A stretch of 64,000 nt of DNA from Alphaproteobacteria bacterium (GTDB lineage Bacteria; Pseudomonadota; Alphaproteobacteria; MPNO01). The first letter of the stretch is position 1. Every line of letters begins with the position of its first letter. Below the pieces are notes generated by a model, which was not told the origin of the DNA, ran no database searches, and saw only the letters and a list, made by a program, of their open reading frames with translations. Positions 31,493 to 40,561 of the stretch are shown piece by piece. A program made the translations under genes and the position numbers. Location: positions 3,424,001 to 3,488,000 of the forward strand of contig OZ219866.1 of assembly GCA_964291675.2 (NCBI GenBank), given 5' to 3'.

Positions 31493-32159
31493 CGACCGCC
31501 GCCCGATCGCACGCCTGGCCGCGCTCGATGTCTGCGCGGTGTCCGATGCGCTCGACTCGCTCGGCCTGCCGCCGGCGGTGACCGGGATCGCGGCGCTGAC
31601 CACGACCGGGCGGATCGCCGGCAGGGCGGTCACGGTCAAGCTCACCGACCGCAAGCCGGAGGACGCGCCGCCGCGGCATCTGTGCAGCGGCGCGGTCGAT
31701 TCGGCCGGACCCGGTTGCGTCCTGGTGATCGAGCAGCGCACCGGCATCGACGCCGCGGGCTGGGGCGGCGTGCTGTCCCACGCGGCGCAGCAGGCGGGGA
31801 TCGAGGGGGTGATCGTGGACGGGCCTGCGCGGGACATCGACGAAGCCGCCGGGCTCGGCTTCGCCGTCTACGCCCGTTTCGCGACGGCGCGGACGGCGCG
31901 CGGGCGGATCCACGAAGAGGGTTTCAATATCGACATCGCCGTCGGAGAATTGACCGTGCGCCCGGGCGACCTGGTGATCGCCGACCGCAGCGGGGTCGCC
32001 GCGGTGCCGGCGGCGCGCGCCGGCGAGGTGCTGGCGAAGGCCGAATCGATCGTCGCGCGCGAACGCGCGATGACCGAGGCGGTGCGGCGCGGCGAGCCGG
32101 TCAGCCGGGTCATGGGAGCGTCCTACGAACGCATGCTGCAACAGGGTGGAGACGAGTGA
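31482..32159 (+). CDS. RraA-family protein / HMG-CHA aldolase-like
   Basis: VSDALD, GRAVTV, WGG, VDGPARDIDE, VRPGDLVIAD. Confidence 0.82.
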   Translation: MTDDDRRPIARLAALDVCAVSDALDSLGLPPAVTGIAALTTTGRIAGRAVTVKLTDRKPEDAPPRHLCSGAVDSAGPGCVLVIEQRTGIDAAGWGGVLSHAAQQAGIEGVIVDGPARDIDEAAGLGFAVYARFATARTARGRIHEEGFNIDIAVGELTVRPGDLVIADRSGVAAVPAARAGEVLAKAESIVARERAMTEAVRRGEPVSRVMGASYERMLQQGGDE

Positions 32160-33169
32160 TGGCGGACGTCGTACTCGGCATCTGGACAACCCACGGGCCG
32201 ACCCTGAACACCACGCCCGACCAATGGGGCGAGCGGGTCAAGGCCGATCTGGTGAACGAGCACTGGTTCAAGGGCGAACGCTTCACCTTCGACGAGCTGG
32301 TCGAGCGCCGGGCGGGGGAAGGCATCGCGGCATGGATCGCCGATGACGAACGGCAACAGCGCTACGACGCCTGCCAGGCCGGGATCGCCGCGCTCGCCGA
32401 CAGATGGGAGGAGGTGGCGCCGGATGCCTGCGTCATCCTCGGCAACGACCAGCGCGAGCTGTTCCTCGAAAACATCCAGCCGACCTTCACCGTCTATCGC
32501 GGCGAGACCTTCTACAACCAGCCGACCAGCGAGGCGCAGAAGGCCAGGCTGCCGCCCGGGATCGCGGAGGCCGAATGGGCCTACCGCCCGGACCGCCATA
32601 CCGTCTACCCGGGCCTGCCCGAGCTCGCCGAAATCGTCTTCGCGCGCGCGATGGAGGAAGGCTTCGACCTCGCCGCGTCGAACGACTGGCTGCGCCACGA
32701 GAACCATCGCCATGTCGGCACGCCGCACGCCTTCAGCTTCGTCCTGCGCCGGATCATGCGCGACCGCGCGGTTCCCACCCTGCCGGTGATCGCCAACACC
32801 TTCTACCCGCCCAACCAGCCGACCGCGCGGCGCTGCTTCGACTTCGGCGCGATGCTCGGCCGCGCGATCCGCGACTGGGACTCGCCCGCCCGCGTCGCCG
32901 TCGTCGGGTCCGGCGGGATGTCGCATTTCTGCATCGACGAGGATCTCGACCGACGGTTTCTCGAGGCGTTCTGCGACCGCAACGAGGCGGCGCTCTGCGG
33001 CATCGAGCAGGACTTGCTGCAATCCGGCTCGTCGGAGCTGCGCAACTGGATCGTCGCGGCGGGGGTGCTGTTCGGCACCGGGCTCGGCGGGGACGTGATC
33101 GACTACGTGCCCTGCTACCGCTCGCTGGCGGGGACCGGAACCGCCAACGCCTTCGTCTGCTGGACCTGA
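32159..33169 (+). CDS. ligZ: OH-DDVA extradiol dioxygenase (LigB fold, LigZ-like)
   Basis: VLGIWTTHGP, ILGNDQ, TPHAFSFV.RRIMRD, NTFYPPNQP, SGGMSHF, DYVPCYRS.AGTG. Confidence 0.72.
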   Translation: MADVVLGIWTTHGPTLNTTPDQWGERVKADLVNEHWFKGERFTFDELVERRAGEGIAAWIADDERQQRYDACQAGIAALADRWEEVAPDACVILGNDQRELFLENIQPTFTVYRGETFYNQPTSEAQKARLPPGIAEAEWAYRPDRHTVYPGLPELAEIVFARAMEEGFDLAASNDWLRHENHRHVGTPHAFSFVLRRIMRDRAVPTLPVIANTFYPPNQPTARRCFDFGAMLGRAIRDWDSPARVAVVGSGGMSHFCIDEDLDRRFLEAFCDRNEAALCGIEQDLLQSGSSELRNWIVAAGVLFGTGLGGDVIDYVPCYRSLAGTGTANAFVCWT

Positions 33170-33183
33170 ACGCCGGCCGGGGG

Positions 33184-34800
33184 ATGGCCGATCGTCCGCG
33201 CGTCGTCGTCGTCGGGGGCGGCCCGGTCGGGCTCGCGCTCGCCGTCGATCTGGGCTTGCGCGGCGTCGCCTGCACCCTGGTCGAGCGGCGCACCGAGCCC
33301 CACCGCATCCCCAAGGGCCAGAACCTTACCCAGCGCACGCTCGACCTGTTCTATTCCTGGGGCATCGCCGACGAGCTGCGCTCCCGGCGGGTCATCCGGC
33401 CCGGCTTCCCCGGCAACGCCATCGTCGCCTATGGCGACCTCGCGGGCGCGCACTGGTTTGCCGGCGTCTACCGGACCGCGGTCGACAAGTACTACTTCCA
33501 GCGGAGCGAACGGCTGCCGCAATACCTCACCGAGCAGGTGCTGCGGGACCGCCTCGCCGGGATCCCGGCGGTCGGGGTGAGGGAGGGCTGGTCCGCCGAA
33601 GCGGTGCGGCAGTCGGCGGGCGGCGCCGCCGTCGACATCGCCGAGCAAGGCGGCACCGTGCGCGAAACCGTCGAGGCGGACTATGTCGTCGGCTGCGACG
33701 GCAGCCGGTCCACGGTGCGCGACAGCGCGGGCCTCGCCTCCGGCGGAACCGATTACGAGCAGACCATGGTGCTCGCCGTGTTCCGCTCGCCCGCGCTCGG
33801 CGAGCGGCTGAAGCGCTTTCCGCCGGCCTATATCTACCGGGTGGTGCACCCGGACCTGAACGGCTACTGGCGCTTCTTCGGGCGGATCGACGAGCATGAG
33901 GGCTGGTTCTTCCACGCGCCCGTAGGCTCGGCGGAACGGAGCGAGGCGGGGGTCCGCGCGCTGCTCCGCGAGGCCGCCGGCTTCGAGTTCGACTGCAGCT
34001 TCGAGCATATCGGCTACTGGGATCTGCGCGTCTCGATTGCCGAGGCGTTTCGCGCGGGCCGCGTGTTCATCGCCGGCGACGCGGCGCACAGCCACCCGCC
34101 CTATGGCGGGTACGGTCTCAATACCGGGTTCGAGGACGCGGCCAATCTGGGGTGGAAGCTGGCGGCGGTGCTGCAGGGCTGGGGCGGCGACGCCCTGCTC
34201 GACTCCTATAGCGAGGAGAGGCAGGAGGTGGCCAGGGACACGGCGGCGGAATTCATCGACAGCCGGATCTCCGCCGACCGCGAGCTGTTCGACCGGATCC
34301 ACCCCGAACGCGACGCCGAGGCGTTCGCGCGCGGCTGGGCGGCTTATGCCGAGGCCGGGAACAGGCATTTGAACAGCTACGCGCCCCATTACGAGGGATC
34401 GACCGCGATCGCCGGCCCGCAAGGCGGGGTCACCGGCGCCGCATCGGCGCGCAGCGAGCGGGCGCGGCCGGGCCACTACTTGCCGCCGTGGCGGCTCGCT
34501 TCGGGGCGCAACGTCTTCGAGGAGCTGGGGCGCGGGTTCACCCTGGTCGCGCTCGGCGCCGCCGACGCGAGCATCGCTCGCCTCCAGCGCGCCTGCGCGG
34601 AACGCTCGATCCCGCTCAAAATCGTCCGCGGGCCGGCGCCCGAGAGCCTGGGCGCCGGTCTCGTCCTGGTCCGCCCGGACGGCTACGTCGCCTGGGCTGG
34701 CGACGCCCCCCCGGAAAGCGCGGACGCGCTGATGGCGCGGGTGACGGGTTCGGCTACCCGCCCATCAGGCCCGGCAGGTAGAGCGTCAGCCCCGGGATGA
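33184..34800 (+). CDS. FAD-dependent monooxygenase (PheA/TfdB/MhpA type)
   Basis: VGGGPVG, GCDGSRS, AGDAAHSHPPYGGYGLNTG, LVRPDGYVAW. Confidence 0.88.
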   Translation: MADRPRVVVVGGGPVGLALAVDLGLRGVACTLVERRTEPHRIPKGQNLTQRTLDLFYSWGIADELRSRRVIRPGFPGNAIVAYGDLAGAHWFAGVYRTAVDKYYFQRSERLPQYLTEQVLRDRLAGIPAVGVREGWSAEAVRQSAGGAAVDIAEQGGTVRETVEADYVVGCDGSRSTVRDSAGLASGGTDYEQTMVLAVFRSPALGERLKRFPPAYIYRVVHPDLNGYWRFFGRIDEHEGWFFHAPVGSAERSEAGVRALLREAAGFEFDCSFEHIGYWDLRVSIAEAFRAGRVFIAGDAAHSHPPYGGYGLNTGFEDAANLGWKLAAVLQGWGGDALLDSYSEERQEVARDTAAEFIDSRISADRELFDRIHPERDAEAFARGWAAYAEAGNRHLNSYAPHYEGSTAIAGPQGGVTGAASARSERARPGHYLPPWRLASGRNVFEELGRGFTLVALGAADASIARLQRACAERSIPLKIVRGPAPESLGAGLVLVRPDGYVAWAGDAPPESADALMARVTGSATRPSGPAGRASAPG

Positions 34801-35203
34801 ACACGATCAGCGCCAGGCGGACGATGTCGGCGACGAAGAACGGGCTGATGCCGGCGAAAATGCCCCACAGCGACATCTCCGGCATGATGGTCTTGAGCAC
34901 GAACACGTTCATGCCGATCGGCGGCGTGATCAGGCTGATCTCGGTCACCATGATGACTACGATGCCGAACCAGATCAGGTCGAAGCCGAGGCTCTGGACC
35001 ACGGGGAAGAAGATCGGCACGGTCAGCAGGATCATGCCGATGCCCTCGAACACGCAGCCCAGCGCGATATAGATCAGGCAGATCACCAGCACGACGGTGA
35101 TCGGGGCGATCTCCAGCGAGTTCACCCAGTCGACGATCTGGTTGGGCATACCCGAGATGTTCATGAAGTTGGACAGGATGATCGCGCCGAAGGCGACGCT
35201 GAA
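34754..35203 (-). pseudogene. TRAP large permease DctM, 3' part (interrupted)
   Basis: FDLIWFGI..EISLITPPIGMNVF; reading frame continues at 48780-48920 after removing the insertion. Confidence 0.88.
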
Positions 35204-35374
35204 GTAACCCTCCGGCGTAGGCCGCCTGTTGAGCAGGCGCAGGCTTTCAGCGGGGATTGGGGGCTGATCCGCTTGGATTAATCGAGGTTTTGGGGAAGGT
35301 GCCCCCCGGCGATCTTGCAAGAAGGCCGCCGGAGGGCTTGTCTCGGTGACAGCTACATCAACTGAGACGCCCCA

Positions 35375-35989
35375 ATGTCGCACAAGCTGTTCCGTCACTC
35401 CATCCTCTGCAACGCCCGGGTTTGGGACTTTCTGAAGCAGGTCGACGCAGCCGAGGCGGAGGCCTGCCGTGCGGTGGGCTGTCCTCACTGCGGCGGGACG
35501 CTTCACAGCGCGGCCTACCCTCGCAAGCCGTACGGTCTGGCGGCGGATCTTCGGGACGATGTGCGGCGCTTCAGCCTGTGCTGTTCGGTGTGCAGGCGCC
35601 GGGTGCGTCCTGCCTCGGTGCGTTTCTTCGGTCGGAGGTTCTACGTCGGTGCGCTGTTCCTGCTGGTGAGCGCACTGGCGCTGACCGGCGGGGTGCGGTT
35701 GCAGACGATCGCGCGGCGCTGTGGGGTTCCGGTCTCGACGCTGAAGCGCTGGCGTCGCTGGTGGCTGGACGCCTTCCCGGCGACCCCGGAGTGGGCGGCG
35801 AAGCGGGGCGAGCTGGCGACACCGGCCGGGGAAGCGCCTGTGCGCCGGCTGCTGCGCCTGATGCGGGGCCGGGGCCTGCGGGCGCGGCTGCTGCGGAGCC
35901 TGGTCTGGCTGATGCCGTGGACCGGTTCTTGCGCGCTCGGCGCCGGGCCGGCTTCGCCCGCAGAAAGCGTTTCTGTCATGAACGGATAG
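35375..35989 (+). CDS. Transposon-associated Zn-ribbon + HTH protein (DUF6431-like)
   Basis: CPHCG...CCSVCRRR; IARRCGVPVSTLKRWRRWW. Confidence 0.7.
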   Translation: MSHKLFRHSILCNARVWDFLKQVDAAEAEACRAVGCPHCGGTLHSAAYPRKPYGLAADLRDDVRRFSLCCSVCRRRVRPASVRFFGRRFYVGALFLLVSALALTGGVRLQTIARRCGVPVSTLKRWRRWWLDAFPATPEWAAKRGELATPAGEAPVRRLLRLMRGRGLRARLLRSLVWLMPWTGSCALGAGPASPAESVSVMNG

Positions 35990-36038
35990 GGGCTCTTACA
36001 CCGGCATCTCCCCAACAGGGCGAGGGAGGGATGCCGGG

Positions 36039-37493
36039 ATGGACAGCAACGACGGGAGCGAGCGTCGCGACCGGTGGGCGCGGCTGCGCTTCGCGGTGGT
36101 CGGGCCGCTTCTGGCCTCGCCGCCGCCGAAGGGGAAGCTGCGGGCCGAGCTGGAGCGGCTGGCCGGACGCGAGTGGGAACATCCGTCCGGCAAGGGGCCG
36201 GTGCGCTTCTCGGCCTCCACGATCGAGCGCTGGTACTACCAGGCGCGGGCGCAGGAGCAGGACCCGGTCAAGGCGCTTCGCCGAAAGCCACGGGCCGACA
36301 TCGGCCGCGAACGGGCGATATCGGCGGCACTGATCGAGGTGTTGCGCGATCAGTACCGGGCGCATCCGTCGTGGTCGGCACAGCTGCACCATGAGAACCT
36401 GGCGGCGCTGGTCGCGGCCGATCCGGCGCTCGGCCCGATGCCGTCCTATGCGACGCTCACCCGGGCGATGCGGGCTCGCGGGCTGGTGCGCAAGCGCCGG
36501 CGCAAGTGGCACGAGAGCGAGGCGCGGCCGCCTGTCCAGGCCCGCGAGGTACTGAGCTACGAGGTCACGCGCAGCCACGCCCTGTGGCACAGCGATATGC
36601 ATACCGCCAAGTGTCGTGTGCTGACGGCCTCGGGCGAGTGGAAGACGCCGATCCTTCTGGGCTTTCTCGACGACCACTCCCGGCTCGGCTGCCACCTTCA
36701 GTGGTATCTCGCCGAGACCGCAGAGGTCTTCGTCCATGGGCTGTGCCAGGCGTTGATGAAGCGGGGCCTGCCGCGGTCCCTGCTGACCGACAACGGCTCG
36801 GCGATGACCGCCGGCGAGGTCGAGGAAGGGTTGCTCCGGCTCGGCATCGCGGGGGTCACGACGCTCGCGTACAGCCCGCATCAAAATGGAAAGATCGAGA
36901 CTTTCTGGGGCACGGTCGAATCACGCCTGATGGCCCAGCTCGAAGGCGTCGACGCGCTCACCCTGAAGATGCTCAACGACGCCACCGTCGCCTGGCTGGA
37001 GCAGGACTATCACCGCCGCGAGCACCGCGAACTCGGCATGTCGCCGCATCGGCGCCTCGCCGGGAGCGTCGACGCATCGCGGCCCTGCCCCGGCGCGGCC
37101 GAGCTCAAGGCGGCCTTCCGCATCACGAGGAAGCGCATGCTCCGGCGCTCGGACGGCACCGTCTCGGTCGAGAACATCCGCTACCAGATACCGCCGCCGT
37201 GGCGCCACCTGCGCGAGGCCTGGGTCCGCTATGCGCGCTGGGACCTCAGCAGCGTCGATCTGGTCGACGGCCGGGGCGGCGAACGGCTGTGCACGCTCTA
37301 TCCCCTCGACAAGCGCGGCAACGCCGATGGTGTGCGCCGTCCCATCGGCCCCGGCGACGACGATGGCAAGGGCGGCGAGGGGACAGGCGGACTGCCGCCG
37401 CTGCTCAAGAGCATGCTCGACGCGCAGGCTGCAACCGGCCTGCCGCCGGCATGGCTTGCCTTCGATGACACCCGCGATGATGGAGAACGCTGA
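36039..37493 (+). CDS. DDE transposase/integrase, Mu/TnsB-like
   Basis: N-terminal HTH (STIERW), WHSD, LDDHSR, TDNGS, NGKIETFW; Mu-like C-terminus. Confidence 0.88.
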   Translation: MDSNDGSERRDRWARLRFAVVGPLLASPPPKGKLRAELERLAGREWEHPSGKGPVRFSASTIERWYYQARAQEQDPVKALRRKPRADIGRERAISAALIEVLRDQYRAHPSWSAQLHHENLAALVAADPALGPMPSYATLTRAMRARGLVRKRRRKWHESEARPPVQAREVLSYEVTRSHALWHSDMHTAKCRVLTASGEWKTPILLGFLDDHSRLGCHLQWYLAETAEVFVHGLCQALMKRGLPRSLLTDNGSAMTAGEVEEGLLRLGIAGVTTLAYSPHQNGKIETFWGTVESRLMAQLEGVDALTLKMLNDATVAWLEQDYHRREHRELGMSPHRRLAGSVDASRPCPGAAELKAAFRITRKRMLRRSDGTVSVENIRYQIPPPWRHLREAWVRYARWDLSSVDLVDGRGGERLCTLYPLDKRGNADGVRRPIGPGDDDGKGGEGTGGLPPLLKSMLDAQAATGLPPAWLAFDDTRDDGER

Positions 37494-38326
37494 TGAACCG
37501 CGAACACCTCACCCTGTACGGGCTCAAGTGGAACCCGTTCGCCCCTGACCTCCCGGTCGACAGCCTGATGGCGACTGGCGCCGTCGACAGCTTCTGCCTC
37601 AGGATCGAACGCCATCTCGTGCGCCACGGCGGCTTCGCACTGATCGCCGGAGAGCCCGGAACCGGAAAGAGCGTTGCCCTGCGCCTGCTCGCCCACCGGC
37701 TCGGGCGATGCGACGGGCTCAGGGTCGCCGCCATCACCCACCCGTCCTCGAGACTGTCGGACTTCTACCGCGAGATCGGCGAGCTGTTTGGCGTCGACCT
37801 GCTGTACAACAATCGCTGGGCCAGCTTCAAAAACCTGCGCCAGCGCTGGCTCGCGCATCTCGATGACACCCGCATGCGCCCGGTGTTGCTCATCGACGAG
37901 GCCCAGGAACTGCTGCCCTCGGTGTTCTCCGAGATCCGCCTGCTCGCGTCGACCGACTTCGACTCGCGCGCCATCCTCTCCGTCGTCTTCGCCGGTGACA
38001 ACCGCCTGCTCGACCGGCTCCGCCAGCCCGACCTGCAGCCCATCGCCTCGCGTATCCGACAGCGTCTGCTGATGACCCGGACCGAGGACGCCGACCTGGC
38101 CGGCCTGCTCGACCATCTGCTCGAAGAGGCCGGCAATCCGGCGCTGATGACCGCCGGGCTCAGGGACACCCTCGTCACCCATGCCGCAGGAAACCCCAGG
38201 GCACTCACCGTCATGGCTGATGCCGTGCTCGCAGCCGGTGCCGAGAAGGATCGCGAGGTGCTCGACGAGAAGCTCTTCATCGAGACCCTCGGCGAGGCAC
38301 CGCCAGCCAGGCGGGCCCGGCGATGA
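37493..38326 (+). CDS. ExeA/TniB/MuB-like AAA+ ATPase
   Basis: LKWNPF, GEPGTGKS, LLIDEAQ, GNPRAL. Confidence 0.88.
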   Translation: MNREHLTLYGLKWNPFAPDLPVDSLMATGAVDSFCLRIERHLVRHGGFALIAGEPGTGKSVALRLLAHRLGRCDGLRVAAITHPSSRLSDFYREIGELFGVDLLYNNRWASFKNLRQRWLAHLDDTRMRPVLLIDEAQELLPSVFSEIRLLASTDFDSRAILSVVFAGDNRLLDRLRQPDLQPIASRIRQRLLMTRTEDADLAGLLDHLLEEAGNPALMTAGLRDTLVTHAAGNPRALTVMADAVLAAGAEKDREVLDEKLFIETLGEAPPARRARR

Positions 38327-39312
38327 CCGGCTTCCCGACACGGCCACCGGCCGAACTCGAGGAGCGGCCGCGGGAGCGGCAGTGGCTGGTCGATGCCCTG
38401 TGGAGCGAACAGGGGGTCGGCATCGTCGGCGGCGAGCCCAAGTGCGGCAAGTCCTTCCTCGCGCTGGACCTCGCCGTCGCGGTGGCTGCAGGAGTGCCCT
38501 GCCTGCGCCACTTCCGCCCCGCGGCAAGCGGCACCGTGTTGCTCTTCGCCGCCGAGGACGCCGGTCACATCGTGCGCGACCGCCTCAAGGGCATCGCCCG
38601 GGCCGCCGGCGCCGACTTCGAGGCCCTCGACATCGCCGTCATCGACGTGCCCACGCTCCGCCTCGATCATCGCCTCGACCGGCAGCGGCTGCTGGAGACC
38701 GTCGAACGGATCGGACCGCGCCTCCTCGTCCTCGATCCCCTGGTCCGCCTGCATGGCGTCGACGAGAACGCGGTTGCGGAAGTCGCTCCCATCCTCGGCT
38801 TCCTGCGCGACCTGCAGCGCCGCTTCGGGACCGCTGTGCTGCTCGTCCACCACGCTCGCAAGAGTGGCGCCAGCCGCCCCGGCCAGGCGCTGCGCGGCAG
38901 CAGCGAGCTGCATGCCTGGGGCGACAGCAATCTCTACCTGCGCCGGCGCGACGGGCAGATCGTCATGACCGCCGAGCATCGCGCCGCACCCGGCCTCAAC
39001 AATATCGAGATCGAGCTTGCCGATGACGGCGAAGGACCAGCGCTGCAGCTCCGGCGGACAGGACCTCACCAGGCTCCGCCGCAGCCGGACAGCGCCGAAC
39101 AGCGGATCGCCCAGGTGCTCGCGACAGCCGAATCCCCACTCGTGCAGTCCGAGATCCGAAAACGCGCCGGGGTACGCAACGCGACTGTCTCCGCGGCACT
39201 GCACGGGCTTGTGCGCGAGGGACGGGTCGAGCGCGGGACGGGAGGTCGCTACCGCTTCCTCGGAACCGCGGCGAACCAAGCCGACAACCCGACGGACAGC
39301 CACAACCCGTAG
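38323..39312 (+). CDS. AAA_25 RepA/RecA-fold helicase-like ATPase with C-terminal wHTH
   Basis: WLVDALW, GGEPKCGKS, LLVLDPL, LVHHARK, LRGSS. Confidence 0.85.
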   Translation: MTGFPTRPPAELEERPRERQWLVDALWSEQGVGIVGGEPKCGKSFLALDLAVAVAAGVPCLRHFRPAASGTVLLFAAEDAGHIVRDRLKGIARAAGADFEALDIAVIDVPTLRLDHRLDRQRLLETVERIGPRLLVLDPLVRLHGVDENAVAEVAPILGFLRDLQRRFGTAVLLVHHARKSGASRPGQALRGSSELHAWGDSNLYLRRRDGQIVMTAEHRAAPGLNNIEIELADDGEGPALQLRRTGPHQAPPQPDSAEQRIAQVLATAESPLVQSEIRKRAGVRNATVSAALHGLVREGRVERGTGGRYRFLGTAANQADNPTDSHNP

Positions 39313-39327
39313 GCGAAGCAGCCCCTC

Positions 39328-39381
39328 TTCCCGTTCCCGTTCCGGCGAACCCTTAAGCGTTGCAGGGAACGGGAACGGGAA
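39328..39381. repeat. Perfect 16-bp inverted repeat built from GGGAAC units
   Basis: ttcccgttcccgttcc-22 nt-ggaacgggaacgggaa. Confidence 0.85.
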
Positions 39382-39714
39382 CACCAGCGCACAATGCCCC
39401 ACGAAACTGCCTGAAGCGATCGGCCAATGGCCGAAAGCTCTGCTTACGGCCATGGCAGCCCTCTGGCGCGGGGACGGCGGCGGGTCACCCGAAGGGCCGT
39501 AGCGGAGCGAAGGAGCCGCGAAGCGGCTTGAAGCGCCGACGGCCTCGCGACACTCCCCGCCCGGCCTTCCTGCAAACGGCAGACGATCCCCATCGAATAA
39601 CGCGAAATCCGCACCATCAAACAACGTGCGCGCGCTCACTGTTCCGATGGGGGGCGTTTGGTGGGTCTGAGTGCTTGGGAAGTGGGCCCTTGTTAAGTGT
39701 CCACTTAGCGGCAA

Positions 39715-40146
39715 GTGGACACTTGGCCGATGTCGGTTGCGAGTGAGAAGCCGGGCGCGGGAAGCGGTGAGACGGCCGATCGGCGGCGCCGTCGGTGGAG
39801 CGAGGCTCAGAAGCGCCAGATCGTCGCGGAGAGCCATGAGCCTGGGGTTTCGGTGTCGGTCGTTGCGCGGCGTTACAACGTCAATGCCAACCAGGTCTTC
39901 ACCTGGCGTCGGCGGTTCCGCGAGGCGGCGCGCGACGCCGGGGCTGGCCGGTTGGTGCCGGTGGTGGTCGAAGCGCCTTGCGACGGGGAGGCCGGCGCGT
40001 CGGCGCCGTGCCGGTCGTCCGGGGACGTTGTCGCGGCGGCGGGGCGGATCGAGATTGCGCTGGCGTGCGGCGCGCGTGTGATCGTCGGCCGGGCGGTGGA
40101 CGGTGTGGCTCTGGCCCGGGTTCTTGCGGTTCTGGATCGGCGATGA
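39715..40146 (+). CDS. tnpA: IS66 accessory protein TnpA
   Basis: RRRRWSEAQKRQIVAES..VSVVARRYNVNANQVFTWRR. Confidence 0.9.
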   Translation: MDTWPMSVASEKPGAGSGETADRRRRRWSEAQKRQIVAESHEPGVSVSVVARRYNVNANQVFTWRRRFREAARDAGAGRLVPVVVEAPCDGEAGASAPCRSSGDVVAAAGRIEIALACGARVIVGRAVDGVALARVLAVLDRR

Positions 40147-40490
40147 TCCCGGTTCCGGGTGGTGTGCGGGTGTGGCTGGCGACCGGGGTGACGGACATGC
40201 GTCGCGGCATGAACACGCTGGCGCTGCAGGTCCAGGAGGATCTCGGGCGCGACCCTCACGCGGGCGATCTCTACGTTTTCCGGGGCCGTCGCGGCGACCT
40301 GATCAAGATTCTCTGGCACGACGGGGTTGGGATCTCGCTGTATGCCAAGCGGCTTGAGCGGGGCCGGTTCCAGTGGCCGACCACGTCTGGGGGCGCGGTG
40401 TCGATCGGCGCGGCGCAGCTCGGCTACCTGCTGGAAGGGATCGACTGGCGGAATCCGGTTCGGACCTGGCGGCCGTCGCGGGCGGGCTGA
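40143..40490 (+). CDS. tnpB: IS66 accessory protein TnpB
   Basis: MIPVP..VWLATGVTDMRRG, FRGRRGDLIKILWHDG, KRLERGRF. Confidence 0.95.
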   Translation: MIPVPGGVRVWLATGVTDMRRGMNTLALQVQEDLGRDPHAGDLYVFRGRRGDLIKILWHDGVGISLYAKRLERGRFQWPTTSGGAVSIGAAQLGYLLEGIDWRNPVRTWRPSRAG

Positions 40491-40561
40491 TCGGCGGGGG
40501 AGCCGTGCGGTCGGCGCGATTGTTGTAGCGCCGAATCGGGTGCTGTGATTCGATTCCGCCA

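Larger units (their letters stand above)
35230..39638 (+). mobile_element. Four-gene Mu/IS21-like DDE transposon
   Basis: Imperfect TIR TGAGCAGGCGCA / TGCGCGCGCTCA; 4-bp direct repeat CTGT (35226-29, 39639-42); subterminal inverted motif ttgcaagaaggccg / cggccttcctgcaa. Confidence 0.82.

Noticed and set aside
34754-35506. 250-aa ORF as an intact gene
   Set aside because: It is a chimera of transposon-end sequence read into the dctM 3' fragment.
35375-39312. Tn7-like or CRISPR-associated transposon
   Set aside because: No recognisable TniQ/TnsD, TnsA or Cas genes and no array. The duplication is 4 bp and the ends are not TGT..ACA.
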